Assembly: GCA_937625935.1 (NCBI GenBank)
Contig: OW569349.1
Location: 124,001-188,000, forward strand
Direction: 5' to 3'
DNA: 64,000 nt
Origin: Tetramitus jugosus
Lineage: Eukaryota; Protista; Heterolobosea
The notes beneath the pieces were generated by a model. The model saw only the letters and a program-made list of their open reading frames with translations, was not told the origin of the DNA and did not search any database. The translations under genes and the position numbers were made by a program. Each line of letters begins with the position of its first letter. The stretch's first letter is position 1. Shown here piece after piece: positions 36,199 through 47,917 of this stretch.

Positions 36199-39041
36199 TC
36201 AATCTTTACAGTCAACTTTCCATTCCTCCACAATCCCATCAGGTCCGATTATCGTTGTTTCGGACTCGGATTCTTTCTGTTCGGTTGTGGCAGGTTCTGT
36301 GGGAGTTGACTCAATTGAAAGTTTGGTGGTTAGTGAATAACTCTTTTGATTAATTTCTGTTTGAACATGAATGGCTTCTTGGGTTTTGTTAGTAGCCATC
36401 AATTGTTCATGTTCTGATAGTGCTAGAAGTTGTCGCTCCTCTTCAGTCGTTTTATGCATATTGTCAATCGTTGGCTCGAGAGAAAATTCTAAGTCGATTT
36501 TCTTTTTAGCTCTGTACTTTGTTTTTGAAGATTGAATTCTTTGGATTAGTGGTGCTGCTTCATGAGAAACAGTTACCTGAGTAGGATCTGACGAGTATCT
36601 AGTTGTAGAGTCCAAGTTAGCGTGTTTCGACTTTGGGAATTTGAGTGGCTGAGGACGATATTTAGCAATGTACTTCCTCCAAAATCTTTGAATCTGTTTA
36701 GCAGCTAAATCTTTTCTTTGATGGTCCTGTTCTTTCTGGTACTTCTTTACCAGATATTGCCTTGCATTATTCTGTCGCTCAAGCTTCTCCTTCTCCAATT
36801 GCTTTAATCTTTCTCTGTCCTTTCGAGCAAATAGTTCCTCCTGATTCTTTTTGAACTCTTCTATCTGCTGTTTCTCCTTTTCTCTTTTCTTCCTATCGGA
36901 TTCTTTTCTCCTTCTTTCCTTTTCTTCTTTGGCTCTCTTCTCTTCTAGTTCTTCTTGATGTTTTCTTTCCAACTCTCTCTTCTGCTGAAGTTTATACTCT
37001 AGTATTTTCTGGTTCAATTCCTTTTGTCTCTTTTCTCGTTGTAACATTTGTATAAAATCCCATTCTCTTTTCAGTTTGTCCTGCTTCTTCTTTTCCAGTT
37101 CTATTTGCATTTTGTGATGTTGTATGGCCGAGGAAACACCCTTCTTCTCATCCAATCCACTTACAGGTGGTCCATGATCTATTCTTGCCATTCTTCTCGC
37201 TTCTTTCCTCTTCCAATGTAGCTTTCTTCTTTTGTTGTTTTTCTCAACCATCTTCGATTTTGCTGCTCCTGAAATCACTTCATCGATCATCTCCTCAATC
37301 ATATTGAGACAAAACAACGCTGTGGCCCTTTGATTATGTGAGAATTTCGTGAAGAACCTTTTCTCAGAACATTTAGGTCCAGAGAACCTTTTTGTTCTGT
37401 CAGAATATCGCCTGTTCTCAAGCGCCGAAGTTCCATCCCCTTGATGGATAGTCTGGTTGCATTCTTCAAGATAAATCCCAACCGAAGAAGTTATAATATC
37501 ATTCAAAATTTCAGAGATTATCTTTTGAGGATCCTCATGCTCCTCTGATAGAATGGAATTTGTTGATATCTTCCCTTCCCTGTTGCACAAACTGAGTTCT
37601 TCTAGATATGTTGATGAACCCTCTTTTCGCTTAGTCCTCTTGTATTGATTTCGAAACTTTTTCTTAATTCGCTCTTCTCTCTCTAATTGCTTCTCTTTCT
37701 CCACTCTCTCAGCTTCTAATTTCTCTCTTCGTTCTTTCTGAATTCTACCAATTTCAAGTCTTCTCAAACGTAGCAACTTTTTTCTTGGCTCAAGTGAGGA
37801 GTTGATGCTACTAGTGTCTCTTCTTCGCTCCGAACAAGTGGTTGGTAGAGGTTCGCTTTTTGTTGAGTGATTATCTTCAGGGATTTTACCCTCTGAAGTC
37901 CTCATTATTTGTGGCAATTTAGTAATCTCGTACCTATCATCCATCTCCTTTTTTGAACGGATATGAGTGAGAACATCATAATGTCTCTCGACTTGATCGG
38001 GAGGATATTGAACGTCTTCAATCCATGTATGAATCCCGGGGTAAGAGTTAATGACTGGGATTTGTTCGATAGTGCCTAACTTCGACACTCCCAATTGATT
38101 TGAAACTTTCATCAATGAGATGTCATCATAGCCATGCATTGAGTAAAACCTTATCTGAGTGTCTTGGATGATATCACACAGGTCTTCGTTGATTGACTCG
38201 ATACCTAAATGAATAATCTTTTGAATGAGGGTAGTTAATAACCGTTTATCAAATGGAGATCTAAATTCATTCTGATCCCCAATTTGATATGTGCTTCTCA
38301 AGGTGGTGGTTATAAAATCTGAAAAGAAGGTTCTTAATTGGTGATTGGCTGAGAACTTCTTAACAAGAACGCTCAAGATTGTCAAGGAGCAGTCAAACAA
38401 CATATTGTCTTTGACACAGATTGTTAAGAATCGATCGGCTAGTAGTATGGCGTCGTGAATGTTTAAAGCTTCATCACAAACAACGGCCATCAAAAACTGA
38501 AAATCTTCCATAGTTAATCTAGTATTCATTGAAGTCCTAGAGTTTGACATGAATTAGTTTGGCAGAATCTCCGATGAGAAAAGTGCTCTCCCTCTATCAT
38601 CACATACTCTAAAAAACATTTGATGAGTCTCGTTACTGGAAAATACTCCATCGAATGCAACATTCCGATAAAATGAGAAGTCAATTGGTTTCGAATGAAG
38701 TCGTCAGAGAAATGGTAGGATAAACTCGTTAAGAGAATGGTGTAGATATGCTGATAGTTCCTATCCCTGCTTATTATTAACTCTCGCATTACTTCGAACA
38801 GAGCTTCATGAATGGGATACAACTGAGAGATATCGTTTTTCAACACTATAGCTTTTTCAATGGATGAGAAGACAATTTCGATTGCTGATTGATCAAACGC
38901 CAATTCCTCCGTGTTTAAACTCCAAATGTACTCCACAATGGTTAACATATTTTCTTTCACTTCCACCTCTTTCATCTCATTCACCTTCACTAGAATGTGT
39001 TCGATGATTAAAGAAATGGTCTGGTAGGGTTCTCTTCTCAT
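36199..39041 (-). CDS. Hypothetical helical/coiled-coil protein with IQ motif; intron 38537-38607 joins the two ORFs
   Basis: GTATGT..AACTAAT..TAG splice gives FLE-TSMN in frame; AAKQIQRFWRKY is an IQ motif. Confidence 0.75.
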
Positions 39042-39928
39042 TTTTGGTTTTTGTCAGGGTTTAATCGGTTTTTCAACCCATAAAATCCTTGAATTTTTCA
39101 TTCTTAATTGAACGTTCAGTGATGACACCATCTCTATCTCATAAAGACTTTCTGAGCTGAGAACAACCTTAAATCAGTTTCACGGACATAGTCCCGTTTT
39201 AAGATAACAAAAGGAACAAACAAGTTTGGATATCAAGGGCCGCGAAGTAAGTAGATGTCTCAAGAAACAAACTGAAGCCTTGTTCCGATAGTTACTTCGA
39301 TCATCGGTATTGCAAAAAATGCTCATTTGTTTCTTAAGACGAACAACAGGTGAAATTTTAAGAATGTTAAATTACAGGAAGATTGCCAAAGTGATCCAAA
39401 CTCGATATGACCTTCAAAAGTGGTATCATTCAATGAGACTTCGACTGTTGATTCACATTGTTAGCACCGAATTGAACACAACATATCAGGTGCATATCAT
39501 CGTGTATCACGATATGAGTGAGAGCTTGGAGACGTTGCGGATGCAGATGCATCCAAACAAGCTCGAACTCTTTGTCAGGTAGCCGAGACGATATTGAAGA
39601 ACACGAAAATGGTTGCTAACTCCAGAGTGCCTACCAAATGTCCAAAGGTGCACTTCTGTGCCATCGGGCTATTCTTCAATCTCCAAGGCAAGACTAATCA
39701 ACAGATGGTCAAGAAAAGGCTATTGCTAGAAGAGCCAATGAACGTCTCCAAGTCTTGAATCATTAGACCCAGCAATTGCTGTGCCAGTGGATGAATAAGG
39801 AGCTGCATCAAACAAAGGGATTCATTTATGTCATCAGATTCAGGAGCTGTTTCTCTCCAGGAATGTAAGATAGTCATATGTCGAGATTCGCAATGTTGGT
39901 TGCAAGTCGCTGCAATGGAACACAAAAA

Positions 39929-40460
39929 TCATAAAGGAGTGCTAGGGTCACACTGCATCTCTTCGCTACTGGGTCCCATTAACCCTGCTAAGATTTCTTC
40001 GGTGGTTCGACTTGGGCTTAGTGGTACCAATTTCCCGTCATCGTATACCCCTTCATCGAACCATATCATTAGCTTGGCTGGTCTCATAAACTCCAGCATG
40101 TCCAATTTGGCTTTAAATTCCTCAACCAGTTCTTTTCTTACCCTTTTGGCTTCAATCTTTCTAGGCCAAAAGGACACTTTAGAAATTCATTCCACTCTTT
40201 TTCTATCTGTAATTCAGCCTCCAATATCCATTCAGGAACTGATTCTATCGATTTTGCCCTCACGAAGTGTTCCACCTTCTCTGACATTTGGGTTGCTCAA
40301 AACTTTGTCACCCACAGACACTTCCGAGTGTCATTCGGTGTTTGCAGCTCCTTCCATCTCTTCAAGGTTTACCAAGAATTTTCAGATAAGCTCTTGTCCT
40401 AGAGTAGCTTGCTGGGTCAATGCCCTTCAACTGAACTTCCTCCTTCCTCTTATGGGATGA
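39929..40460 (-). mobile_element. Non-LTR retrotransposon fragment, copy B (older, zinc finger deleted, tail lost)
   Basis: EAELQIEKEWNEFLKCPFGLERL and KRVRKELVEEFKAKLD..IWFDE..LAGLMG align with copy A. It abuts the copy A TSD. Confidence 0.8.
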
Positions 40461-40472
40461 GATATTGCTCGA

Positions 40473-41256
40473 TTTTTTTTCCATACAACGTTTGTTGCCA
40501 CTTTATTCTATACACTACTTACTGTGAGTCATGATTCCACTCGTCACCGTCTGAGCAGTGTTTCACTCCTCTGCGCGACAGAGTTAATACATATCTTGTA
40601 TAGTGCCTTGATGCACGACCTCTTGATTGAGTCAATGACTCCTTATCTTTTGCTCTGCTTCTCTGCTCTTCTTACCAGAGAGCTTCATTTCGTCCAGGAG
40701 TTCCTCCTAGAAATCTCCTTCATTTTCCATCAGTCCCTCCAGCGTACCTTCAGGTGTTCGCTTAACATTTCGTGGTTGTATCTTTCCACTCACATACAAA
40801 ACATCCTCGAACCATATAGGGGCCTTGACAGAGTCTGGCAGACTCAACTTGTCCAGCTTCACCTTCAGCTCTTCAACCAACTTGCTTCTTGCAATTCTTG
40901 CGAGTTCGCACTCCACGAGTAGATGCACAATGGTTTCTGGAGCTTTGCAACAGTGTGTGCAAGTGACATCGAACAGAGGATTGTACAACTGTCGAACGAC
41001 AGTCCGTGTGTGGAGAGTTCCACTTCTCACCTGATGATAGAACCAAAGTCTTTCTAGACCAAATGGGCGCTTGAGAAAGTTATTCCTCTCCTTATCTTGC
41101 TGCAATGCAACCTCATGTTTTGAGATAGTATCACTCCTACTCATTGAGAAGTGATCAGCCAGTTCCTTCCTGACGTTATCCTCAACAAGCCCTCTACCAC
41201 TTACAGACACTGAGACCTTTTGCTGCACGGTTCTCCGAGCCACATTTCATCACATC
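40473..41256 (-). mobile_element. 5'-truncated non-LTR retrotransposon, copy A, 41 bp upstream of tRNA-Asp
   Basis: zf-RVT-type CTHC..ETIVHLLVEC; AATAAA..GCAAC..TTGTAT then A8 (T run 40473-40480); exact 12-bp TSD GATATTGCTCGA at 40461-40472 and 41257-41268. Confidence 0.92.
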
Positions 41257-41297
41257 GATATTGCTCGAGAAATTGAAGTTTTCGATGATAACAACGA

Positions 41298-42371
41298 TCG
41301 GGCATGGTATAGCTGTTGTAGTCACCCCAAAAATCCAGTATCGGCACCCCTAAAAATTATCGACACACCGGGGAAAATTTTATCGGAACTTCATCAAAAA
41401 CCAATACAACAAACAACAAAACAACAACAATTCAACCCATCATACACTTGATAATCATGTGAAAATGATGATTTGTTGGCAACTCATTCTGGCTTCTGGT
41501 TGAGCAAAAAATCGGAGAAACAGGTGTGAGTGGAGTTTACAACCTAAAGCACTGTTTTGATATGGATATCGTCCCTCGACTCGATCATCATTATCAAGGG
41601 GCTCCAAGTAATGATGACAGACAATTGTCTGTCAAGATCATTGTTTTTTTTGTCCAGAGAGTTGGTTGGAAATTTTGCATAGGTCAAAGTATGAGAAAGT
41701 GCGTAGCGCCATTTACTAATCAAGTCGTTTCTTGTGTCTCCCTGTAATCGGTGGAACTGTAGGTCAGCGAGCCACCAAAGCGGCAAAAGTTGGGTTACAA
41801 AGATTGATGGGCGAGATACCTCAACGATTTTGGGAAAACACAGCCCGAATGAAAAGAGCAACCAAAGGTCATTTTTCCTCTAATTCTCTAATGGTATAAT
41901 GTCCTGCATGGTAGAAGAGCGTACGTCTGTTTTTCAATCAGAAGGGTAGCAGCCTAGAGTTGCTACACACTCATCCTTCATCTTGGAAGCAGTAGGGAAC
42001 GCCTAGGAGGAAGTAAGTCGGGCAGGATTCGAGCTTTGCGGTAGCTACTGTGCGAAGGATCATACATCCCTCCGCCAAGACATACTGTTATACGATGTAG
42101 TTATCCTGCAATCAAGCAAAACAGACTGTTCATTTTGTTCATATTTTGAAGAGGTCAAATTGATTGCACTCATAAGATCGACGAGGGAGTTTTATTGAGA
42201 GTTCCCATCGGCTGAACAGAATTCAAACTGATTAGAATTCTCTAATACAATGTTTTTTGGTTGTATTGATCGAGGTGTGCCTATAATATTTGAAGGAGGT
42301 GTCGATAACAGATAGGGGTAGCATTCCAGACTGTCACTCTGGCGACCCGGGTTCGATTCCCGGTGCTCGAG
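41298..42371 (+). pseudogene. tRNA-Asp(GTC) gene split by an insertion (5' part 41298-41313, 3' part 42317-42371)
   Basis: Acceptor TCGGGCA(41298) pairs 7/7 (one G-U) with TGCTCGA(42364). Anticodon arm CCAGA-CTGTCAC-TCTGG, T arm CCGGG-TTCGATT-CCCGG, TTTT terminator at 42375. Rejoined length 71 nt, with one A-C mismatch in the D stem. Confidence 0.9.
41314..42310. mobile_element. 997-bp non-autonomous DNA-transposon-like element with TGT..ACA termini inserted in the tRNA-Asp A-box
   Basis: 37-bp imperfect TIRs (23/37 identical, ungapped), repeated TATCGRCAC-like motifs at both ends, and an imperfect 6-bp TSD TATAGC/GATAGG. No intact ORF. Confidence 0.8.
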
Positions 42372-42403
42372 ATCTTTTAGAATTCTTCTTGAAATAATCT
42401 CCA

Positions 42404-43836
42404 ATGTTCTTGAGTAAGTTCGCGAACACAGGAATGAGACAACCCAAGAAGGTTGAAGTGTTTGTCGCTGGAGTCATCACAACAAAAGTATTGGGTGGAT
42501 CTGAAGAGAACCATTCTCCCTCGAAGTTTACCCAACTTTCTCTTCAAGATCTGGATGGAACAATTGTTGATATTCAGGGAACAGACAACAATGTTTACAT
42601 TCTGACGAGCACTGGAAAACTGTACTCTTCTTATTCAATTTCAAAGCTCCACAAAGTTGCCAACTGCTCTATATACTTGGTTGAATCACTGTTCGATGTA
42701 TCCATAGAAGCCATTTACTGTGGTGGATTGTTTGTTCATGTCAAATCTCGAACAGGTCAATTGTACACAATGGGTGACAATGCAACTTATCAGCTTGGTT
42801 TAAGTTGCACACCAGATGCTGCATCTGAGAAATTTCTCCAGTTAGATATGGCGATGTTCGATGACATGACCATCATGACGAACAACAATTCAGATGATTT
42901 TTATCAACAGCGCTGTCCCATAGAGTTAGTGAGTAGTACGGACAGAACAGCCTTTTATTTGGCAAAAAATCGTAGAGAATTGTTTGCGAGTGGAGCCCTG
43001 GTGAATTCGACCGTTACTGAACCGATCCGACCAGTTCTGCCCTCGGCTGTCGTGTCTGAGCTTCAAGCACAACCAGAGTTGCACATCAAACAAATTACAT
43101 CGGGCAGTAAGCACACTCTTGTCTTATTCAGCAATAATAGAATCATGGGATTTGGACGGAATGATCACTCTCAACTGGGATATACAAGTTCAGGTGAATT
43201 AGGTCAGTGGATTTCATTTGATTTTGGAAGTCCGATTCGCTACTTGTATGCCGGTAGTTTTCATTCATTCTTCCTAACAGAAAACTCTACATTTTCATGT
43301 GGATACTCTAGTGATGGTCGATTGGGACACTCTGGCTCGAACCTTGGTCAAATCACTTGTTTCACAACCGATCCAACAACCAAGGAATCATCATTTTTCG
43401 TAGAAGACATTATTGGAGGAACTTCGACAATGTTTGTCGTGCGAGACAAGGAAAACAAACGCAGACTATTCAGCATAGGCAGGAATCACTATGGAGAGGC
43501 CGGTATAGGCAGCACAGGTCCCTTGTCTTCTGCTGTAGAAACAAAGGACCCACAGATTTGTTCACTCATTAATGATCCTTCATACACAATGAAGCACGCA
43601 TGTGGATACTACTTTCGATTTCTCTATTTTACAGGTAAGCTCTCTTCATTCGACGTCATTGTTGGTTTTCAAACTTGTTCATCTAACACGCTAATCTTAT
43701 GATCCATCGAGCAGCGAATGCAATGCAAGACCCTCTATTTTTCAAGCGACTTTATGCTGCAGTGCCCAAGCAACGATACACTGACATTTCCATCAGTTGT
43801 TCCTCCCATCATCTGCCAGATGAATACTACTACTAA
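42404..43836 (+). CDS. RCC1/BLIP-II repeat protein; intron 43635-43714
   Basis: LYTMGDNATYQLG, ITSGSKHTLVL..GFGRNDHSQLG, AGSFHSFFLT..SCGYSSDGRLG. GTAAGC..CTAAT..CAG intron leads to a short last exon. Confidence 0.85.
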
Positions 43837-44019
43837 ATTCATGATCAAATCAATTCAATGTCAAGAGAGAATATCGATCAGCGTTTATGTTCATCCTTTT
43901 GTAACTTTTTTCGCTCCGCTTTTCCACACGACACGCACACACCAAAGAAATCCCGCGATTGCCACGACAATAACAGAAAAAAATCCACACACAAAACAAC
44001 ACAGAGTTAGCTGACACGA

Positions 44020-45211
44020 ATGAGAGCATCATCAAAGCTTATCAAGACCGCATTCAACAGAGTTCAACAACAGAGAAACTTTTCCTCCTCCATTGTCAAC
44101 AACGGTCAAGTATGTAGTAGTCAGTCGTTGATCATGTTTTTTTTCACCAGGAAAAGCTTTTTTCCTTTTTCGATTCCAATACCTAACACTTTGATTTTTT
44201 TATCATCAGATCAATGTTCGTGATGCTTTGAATCAAGCACTCGACGAAGAATTGGCAAGAGATGACAAGGTGATCCTCATGGGTGAGGAAGTGGGTCAAT
44301 ATCAAGGTGCCTACAAGGTCTCCAAGGGCCTCTATCAAAAGTATGGTGGCCAAAGAGTCGTTGATACACCAATTACTGAGATGGGTATGGGTGGTATTGC
44401 TGTTGGTGCTGCATTGGCCGGTTTGAGACCAATTCTCGAATTCATGACCTTCAATTTCTCCATGCAAGCCATTGATCACGTTGTCAACTCTGCTGCCAAG
44501 GCTTATTACATGTCTGGTGGTCAATTGACTGCTCCAATGGTTTTTAGAGGCCCTAACGGTGCTGCTGCTGGTGTTGGTGCTCAACATTCTCAATGCTTTG
44601 CTGCATGGTACGGCAGTGTTCCTGGTCTCAAGGTTGTGGCTCCATGGAACGCTGAAGATGCCAGAGGTTTGTTGAAGGCTGCCATCAGAGACAACAATCC
44701 AGTTGTCTTCTTGGAACATGAAGTCATGTATGGACAGACCTTTGAAGTGGCTGATGAAATTTTGAACAACAAGGACTTTGTTTTGCCAATTGGTAAGGCA
44801 AAGGTTGAGAGAGAGGGAACTGATGTGACTATTGTTGCCTTCTCCAGAATCTTGAACTGGTGCATGGATGCTGCAAAGCAATTGGAAAAGGAAGGTATAA
44901 GCGTTGAAGTGATCAATCTTAGATCTATTAGACCATTAGACATGGACACCATTATCAAGTCTGTCAAGAAGACCAACAGATTGGTCACTGCTGAAGAAGG
45001 ATGGCCACAATCCGGTGTCGGTGCTGAAATAACAACTCAGATTATGGAGTCTGATGCATTCGACTACTTGGATGCCCCTGTTGTTCGTGTCCACGGTGCT
45101 GACATACCAATGCCATACGCTGTCAATTTGGAACAATTGGCTTTGCCACAAACTGAAAACATTGTTGACGCTATCAGAAGAGTCTGCAAGGGCAAGAAGA
45201 GCCAAAAGTAA
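44020..45211 (+). CDS. PDHB: Pyruvate dehydrogenase E1 beta subunit, mitochondrial; intron 44110-44209
   Basis: Presequence; [46 protein letters not shown]. Confidence 0.97.
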
Positions 45212-45388
45212 ACGATTCTTTTCATTTTTCTCAAAGACATTCTGCTCTCTCAGCCAATGAACTTGTTAAGCGGGGATATTTCTTTCTTTTGAATAACACC
45301 GCCAAGGGAAGATGTCATCATCTCTCCACCATCGCACACAAACATAAAACAGCAGTTGAACCCTTCAAGAGAGAAGTACACACCACTC

Positions 45389-46429
45389 ATGATCACCACC
45401 TCATCTGGTTTTTTCCAAAAGGCAACAATTCTCGTTGTTTTTGCACTGGTAGTCGTGCTGCTGTCCATCATGACTGCCACCAACCTCCATGCTGCCACTG
45501 CAAAGTCCATCTCTAGAAGTCACAAGAAGAAAATGGTTCGTGGATCTTCAACAACTAACAGAGGTTCCTCATCCAAGAACAGCAATGGAAAGCTGCCTGT
45601 TTTCATTATGCACGGTATCAATGGTCAATTCTCCAATTATGCACGGTTGAAGCAGTACCTGGAACAATCTGGCTTTGAGGCACATGTTCTGGCTGTTGAC
45701 TACGGTTTGGCCAGTATCTATCAGAGTCTGGACACTCAACTGGCACACATGGAAGAAACGATTGATAAGGTCAAGAAGGAGAACAACATTAGGGAGCATC
45801 ATCTCATTTGTCACAGCATGGGTGGTCTCTTGTGCAGAGGTTACTTGCAAACACGTGCTGATCACTCGGTCCAAGTGTTTATTTCACTGTCATCTCCACA
45901 CATGGGTCAATTTGGAATACCAAAGGAAGGAGAAAAATTCTTGCCAGCACCGTTTAGAAATGTGACAAACGAAGCTCTGCACGATCTCCTTTATCAACCA
46001 GCGATCCAAAAGGTGTTTTCTGTTGCCAACTTTTGGAAGGATCCTTTCCACTATGGTCAATATCAGAAGGTTGTGACCTATCTACCTAGAATTAACAATG
46101 AAACTGGAAGTAGCAACAATCCAGCCGTTCTTCAATATAAGAGTAACTTTATGAAGTTGAAGAAGGCTGTGTTCTATGGCAGTTTGGCTGATGAAGTCAT
46201 TCAGCCACCAGTCAGTGCATTGTTCCAGTATTGGAAGATCAGTGCCTCTCCAGTTTATCAATTAGTCCCAATGACCGAACAGCCAATCTATACATCGGAT
46301 GTCTTTGGATTGAAAACAATGCACATGGATGGACGATTGAGTGTCATTGAAGTACCAGGAGTGAAACACACTGGTTGGGTAGAAGTCAAGTCCATTTACA
46401 CTCAGTACATTGAGCCATACCTGTATTGA
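45389..46429 (+). CDS. Palmitoyl-protein thioesterase (PPT2-like)
   Basis: Signal anchor; PVFIMHGI, CHSMGGLLCR nucleophile elbow, SLSSPHMGQFG, D..I.P and terminal His (GVKHTGW). Confidence 0.88.
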   Translation: MITTSSGFFQKATILVVFALVVVLLSIMTATNLHAATAKSISRSHKKKMVRGSSTTNRGSSSKNSNGKLPVFIMHGINGQFSNYARLKQYLEQSGFEAHVLAVDYGLASIYQSLDTQLAHMEETIDKVKKENNIREHHLICHSMGGLLCRGYLQTRADHSVQVFISLSSPHMGQFGIPKEGEKFLPAPFRNVTNEALHDLLYQPAIQKVFSVANFWKDPFHYGQYQKVVTYLPRINNETGSSNNPAVLQYKSNFMKLKKAVFYGSLADEVIQPPVSALFQYWKISASPVYQLVPMTEQPIYTSDVFGLKTMHMDGRLSVIEVPGVKHTGWVEVKSIYTQYIEPYLY

Positions 46430-46517
46430 ATTTGTATTCCATTCGAATGAATCAATTCAATAAACGACTGTATTTGTATCAGAGAGAACACAGGAAAAAA
46501 ACAATCAAACCAAAACG

Positions 46518-47423
46518 ATGAGCGAAAATGATGAAAATTTGTTTGAAGAGTGCTTTGAAATGCAACTAAATGAATTGCAAGTTTTGGAATCCATGCTGTT
46601 GTTGGACAGTGCTGATTCGGGTGAGGAGGTCCGAAGTGACACAGACCCGGACAATGGTCATTTCAAGGTTCATTTCCATCATAAAAACAGTGGATCGAAT
46701 GACTCGACAACTGCATCCTTTCAGTTTGTTATCGAATGTAGTTCTGGTAACATGAATCAAGAGTTGAGCGGGTGTAAAGTGTGTGTCAAGTGCAATTTTG
46801 ATCGTACCTATCCTTTGAAGAGCCCACTGAGAGTGTATTCGATTCGGTTCTTGTTTCCTCAGATAATCGTCAGTAACAAGCAAGAACAGATGATGATTGA
46901 TGACTGTAATCGATACTTGGAGAGCTTAAGTGGATCTGAGTCAACATATGATCTCATCACCTATCTGAGGGATCACGTAGTTGAGTTGTGGGACAGTATA
47001 TCAGAAAAGAAAGAGACAACGACCGATAAAATAATAGATAATAGAGTTTGTCTCAGCACAGTCGGCATCCACTTCCATCACATCTACTCGGATAACAAGA
47101 AAAGACAGATAGTGAATCAGGCTGCACAACTTGGTCTCAAATCTGGAATATACAAGTTTGGGAAACCGGGAAAGATTATAATACAGGGATTGAAGGAAGA
47201 TGTGGATCAATATGTTTCCATTCTAAAGGGTTTACGGTGGCAGAAGATGGTTGTAAAGATTGAGAAATATTCCAACCATGATATTGATCCTCAAGGGAAG
47301 GACAAGGACTGTGCTTCCAATATTCACCAATTTTTCAGGAAGTACAACTTATTGCTGTTTGACTCCTTCTCAGAAGTTGTAAACGATTTCTTCTTTGAGA
47401 AGATATTAGATGTCGGGGAATAG
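46518..47423 (+). CDS. RWD + DUF1115 domain protein (RWDD2-like)
   Basis: QLNELQVLESM, TYP; HHIYSDNKK..GKPGKIIIQG..LRWQKM. Confidence 0.8.
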   Translation: MSENDENLFEECFEMQLNELQVLESMLLLDSADSGEEVRSDTDPDNGHFKVHFHHKNSGSNDSTTASFQFVIECSSGNMNQELSGCKVCVKCNFDRTYPLKSPLRVYSIRFLFPQIIVSNKQEQMMIDDCNRYLESLSGSESTYDLITYLRDHVVELWDSISEKKETTTDKIIDNRVCLSTVGIHFHHIYSDNKKRQIVNQAAQLGLKSGIYKFGKPGKIIIQGLKEDVDQYVSILKGLRWQKMVVKIEKYSNHDIDPQGKDKDCASNIHQFFRKYNLLLFDSFSEVVNDFFFEKILDVGE

Positions 47424-47561
47424 ACAACCGAATTCGTATTTTGGTTTTTGACTAATAATATTCACCACGGAATACATCAATAAAGAAGGGATCAATCTTG
47501 TGCCAAAGAAATCTGGCAACACAACAAACCCCTTACGGTCACTCATCTCATCATAACAAGA

Positions 47562-47861
47562 ATGGTTGAAACAAGAAAGGCAACTCCAGCAATTAACAAC
47601 AATCTGCTCCCACAGGAGAAACGATATCAAACATTGAAGGAAAACAGTGGGGATCATTTTCTCTCAGGGGACAACCAGGGTATGAAGAGAACAGGATCTC
47701 AAAATACGATGGTCACACTTCATGCATCTGAAGTACCTGAGATGAAACATGAGACATACCGCGAGTATCCACCTCGACCAAGAACACCGGATATGGACAG
47801 CTTTATGCCATCGTTTGACGATGTTCCTGTCTTTCTTCGCAAGAATAACTCCAAACTTTAA
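47562..47861 (+). CDS. Small hypothetical protein
   Basis: 99-codon ATG-initiated ORF with coding-like composition followed by AATAAA; no recognised motif. Confidence 0.4.
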   Translation: MVETRKATPAINNNLLPQEKRYQTLKENSGDHFLSGDNQGMKRTGSQNTMVTLHASEVPEMKHETYREYPPRPRTPDMDSFMPSFDDVPVFLRKNNSKL

Positions 47862-47917
47862 GAAATACTCTCAATAAAAAATTTTCTCTTTCAGAGAATT
47901 TGGCGAGGACAAAACTC

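Noticed and set aside
38526-38607. Apparent programmed frameshift between overlapping ORFs
   Set aside because: It is explained by a canonical 71-nt intron with a branch point.
39828-40460. 210-aa plus-strand ORF
   Set aside because: It is an antisense shadow of retroelement copy B.
41262-41270. TGCTCGAGA identical to the tRNA-Asp 3' end, suggesting a permuted or tandem tRNA
   Set aside because: No T arm or anticodon arm precedes it, and it mostly overlaps the retroelement TSD.
42013-42041. Minus-strand B-box/tRNA-Ser 3'-like sequence inside the TIR element
   Set aside because: The T stem is imperfect and no remaining cloverleaf is visible.
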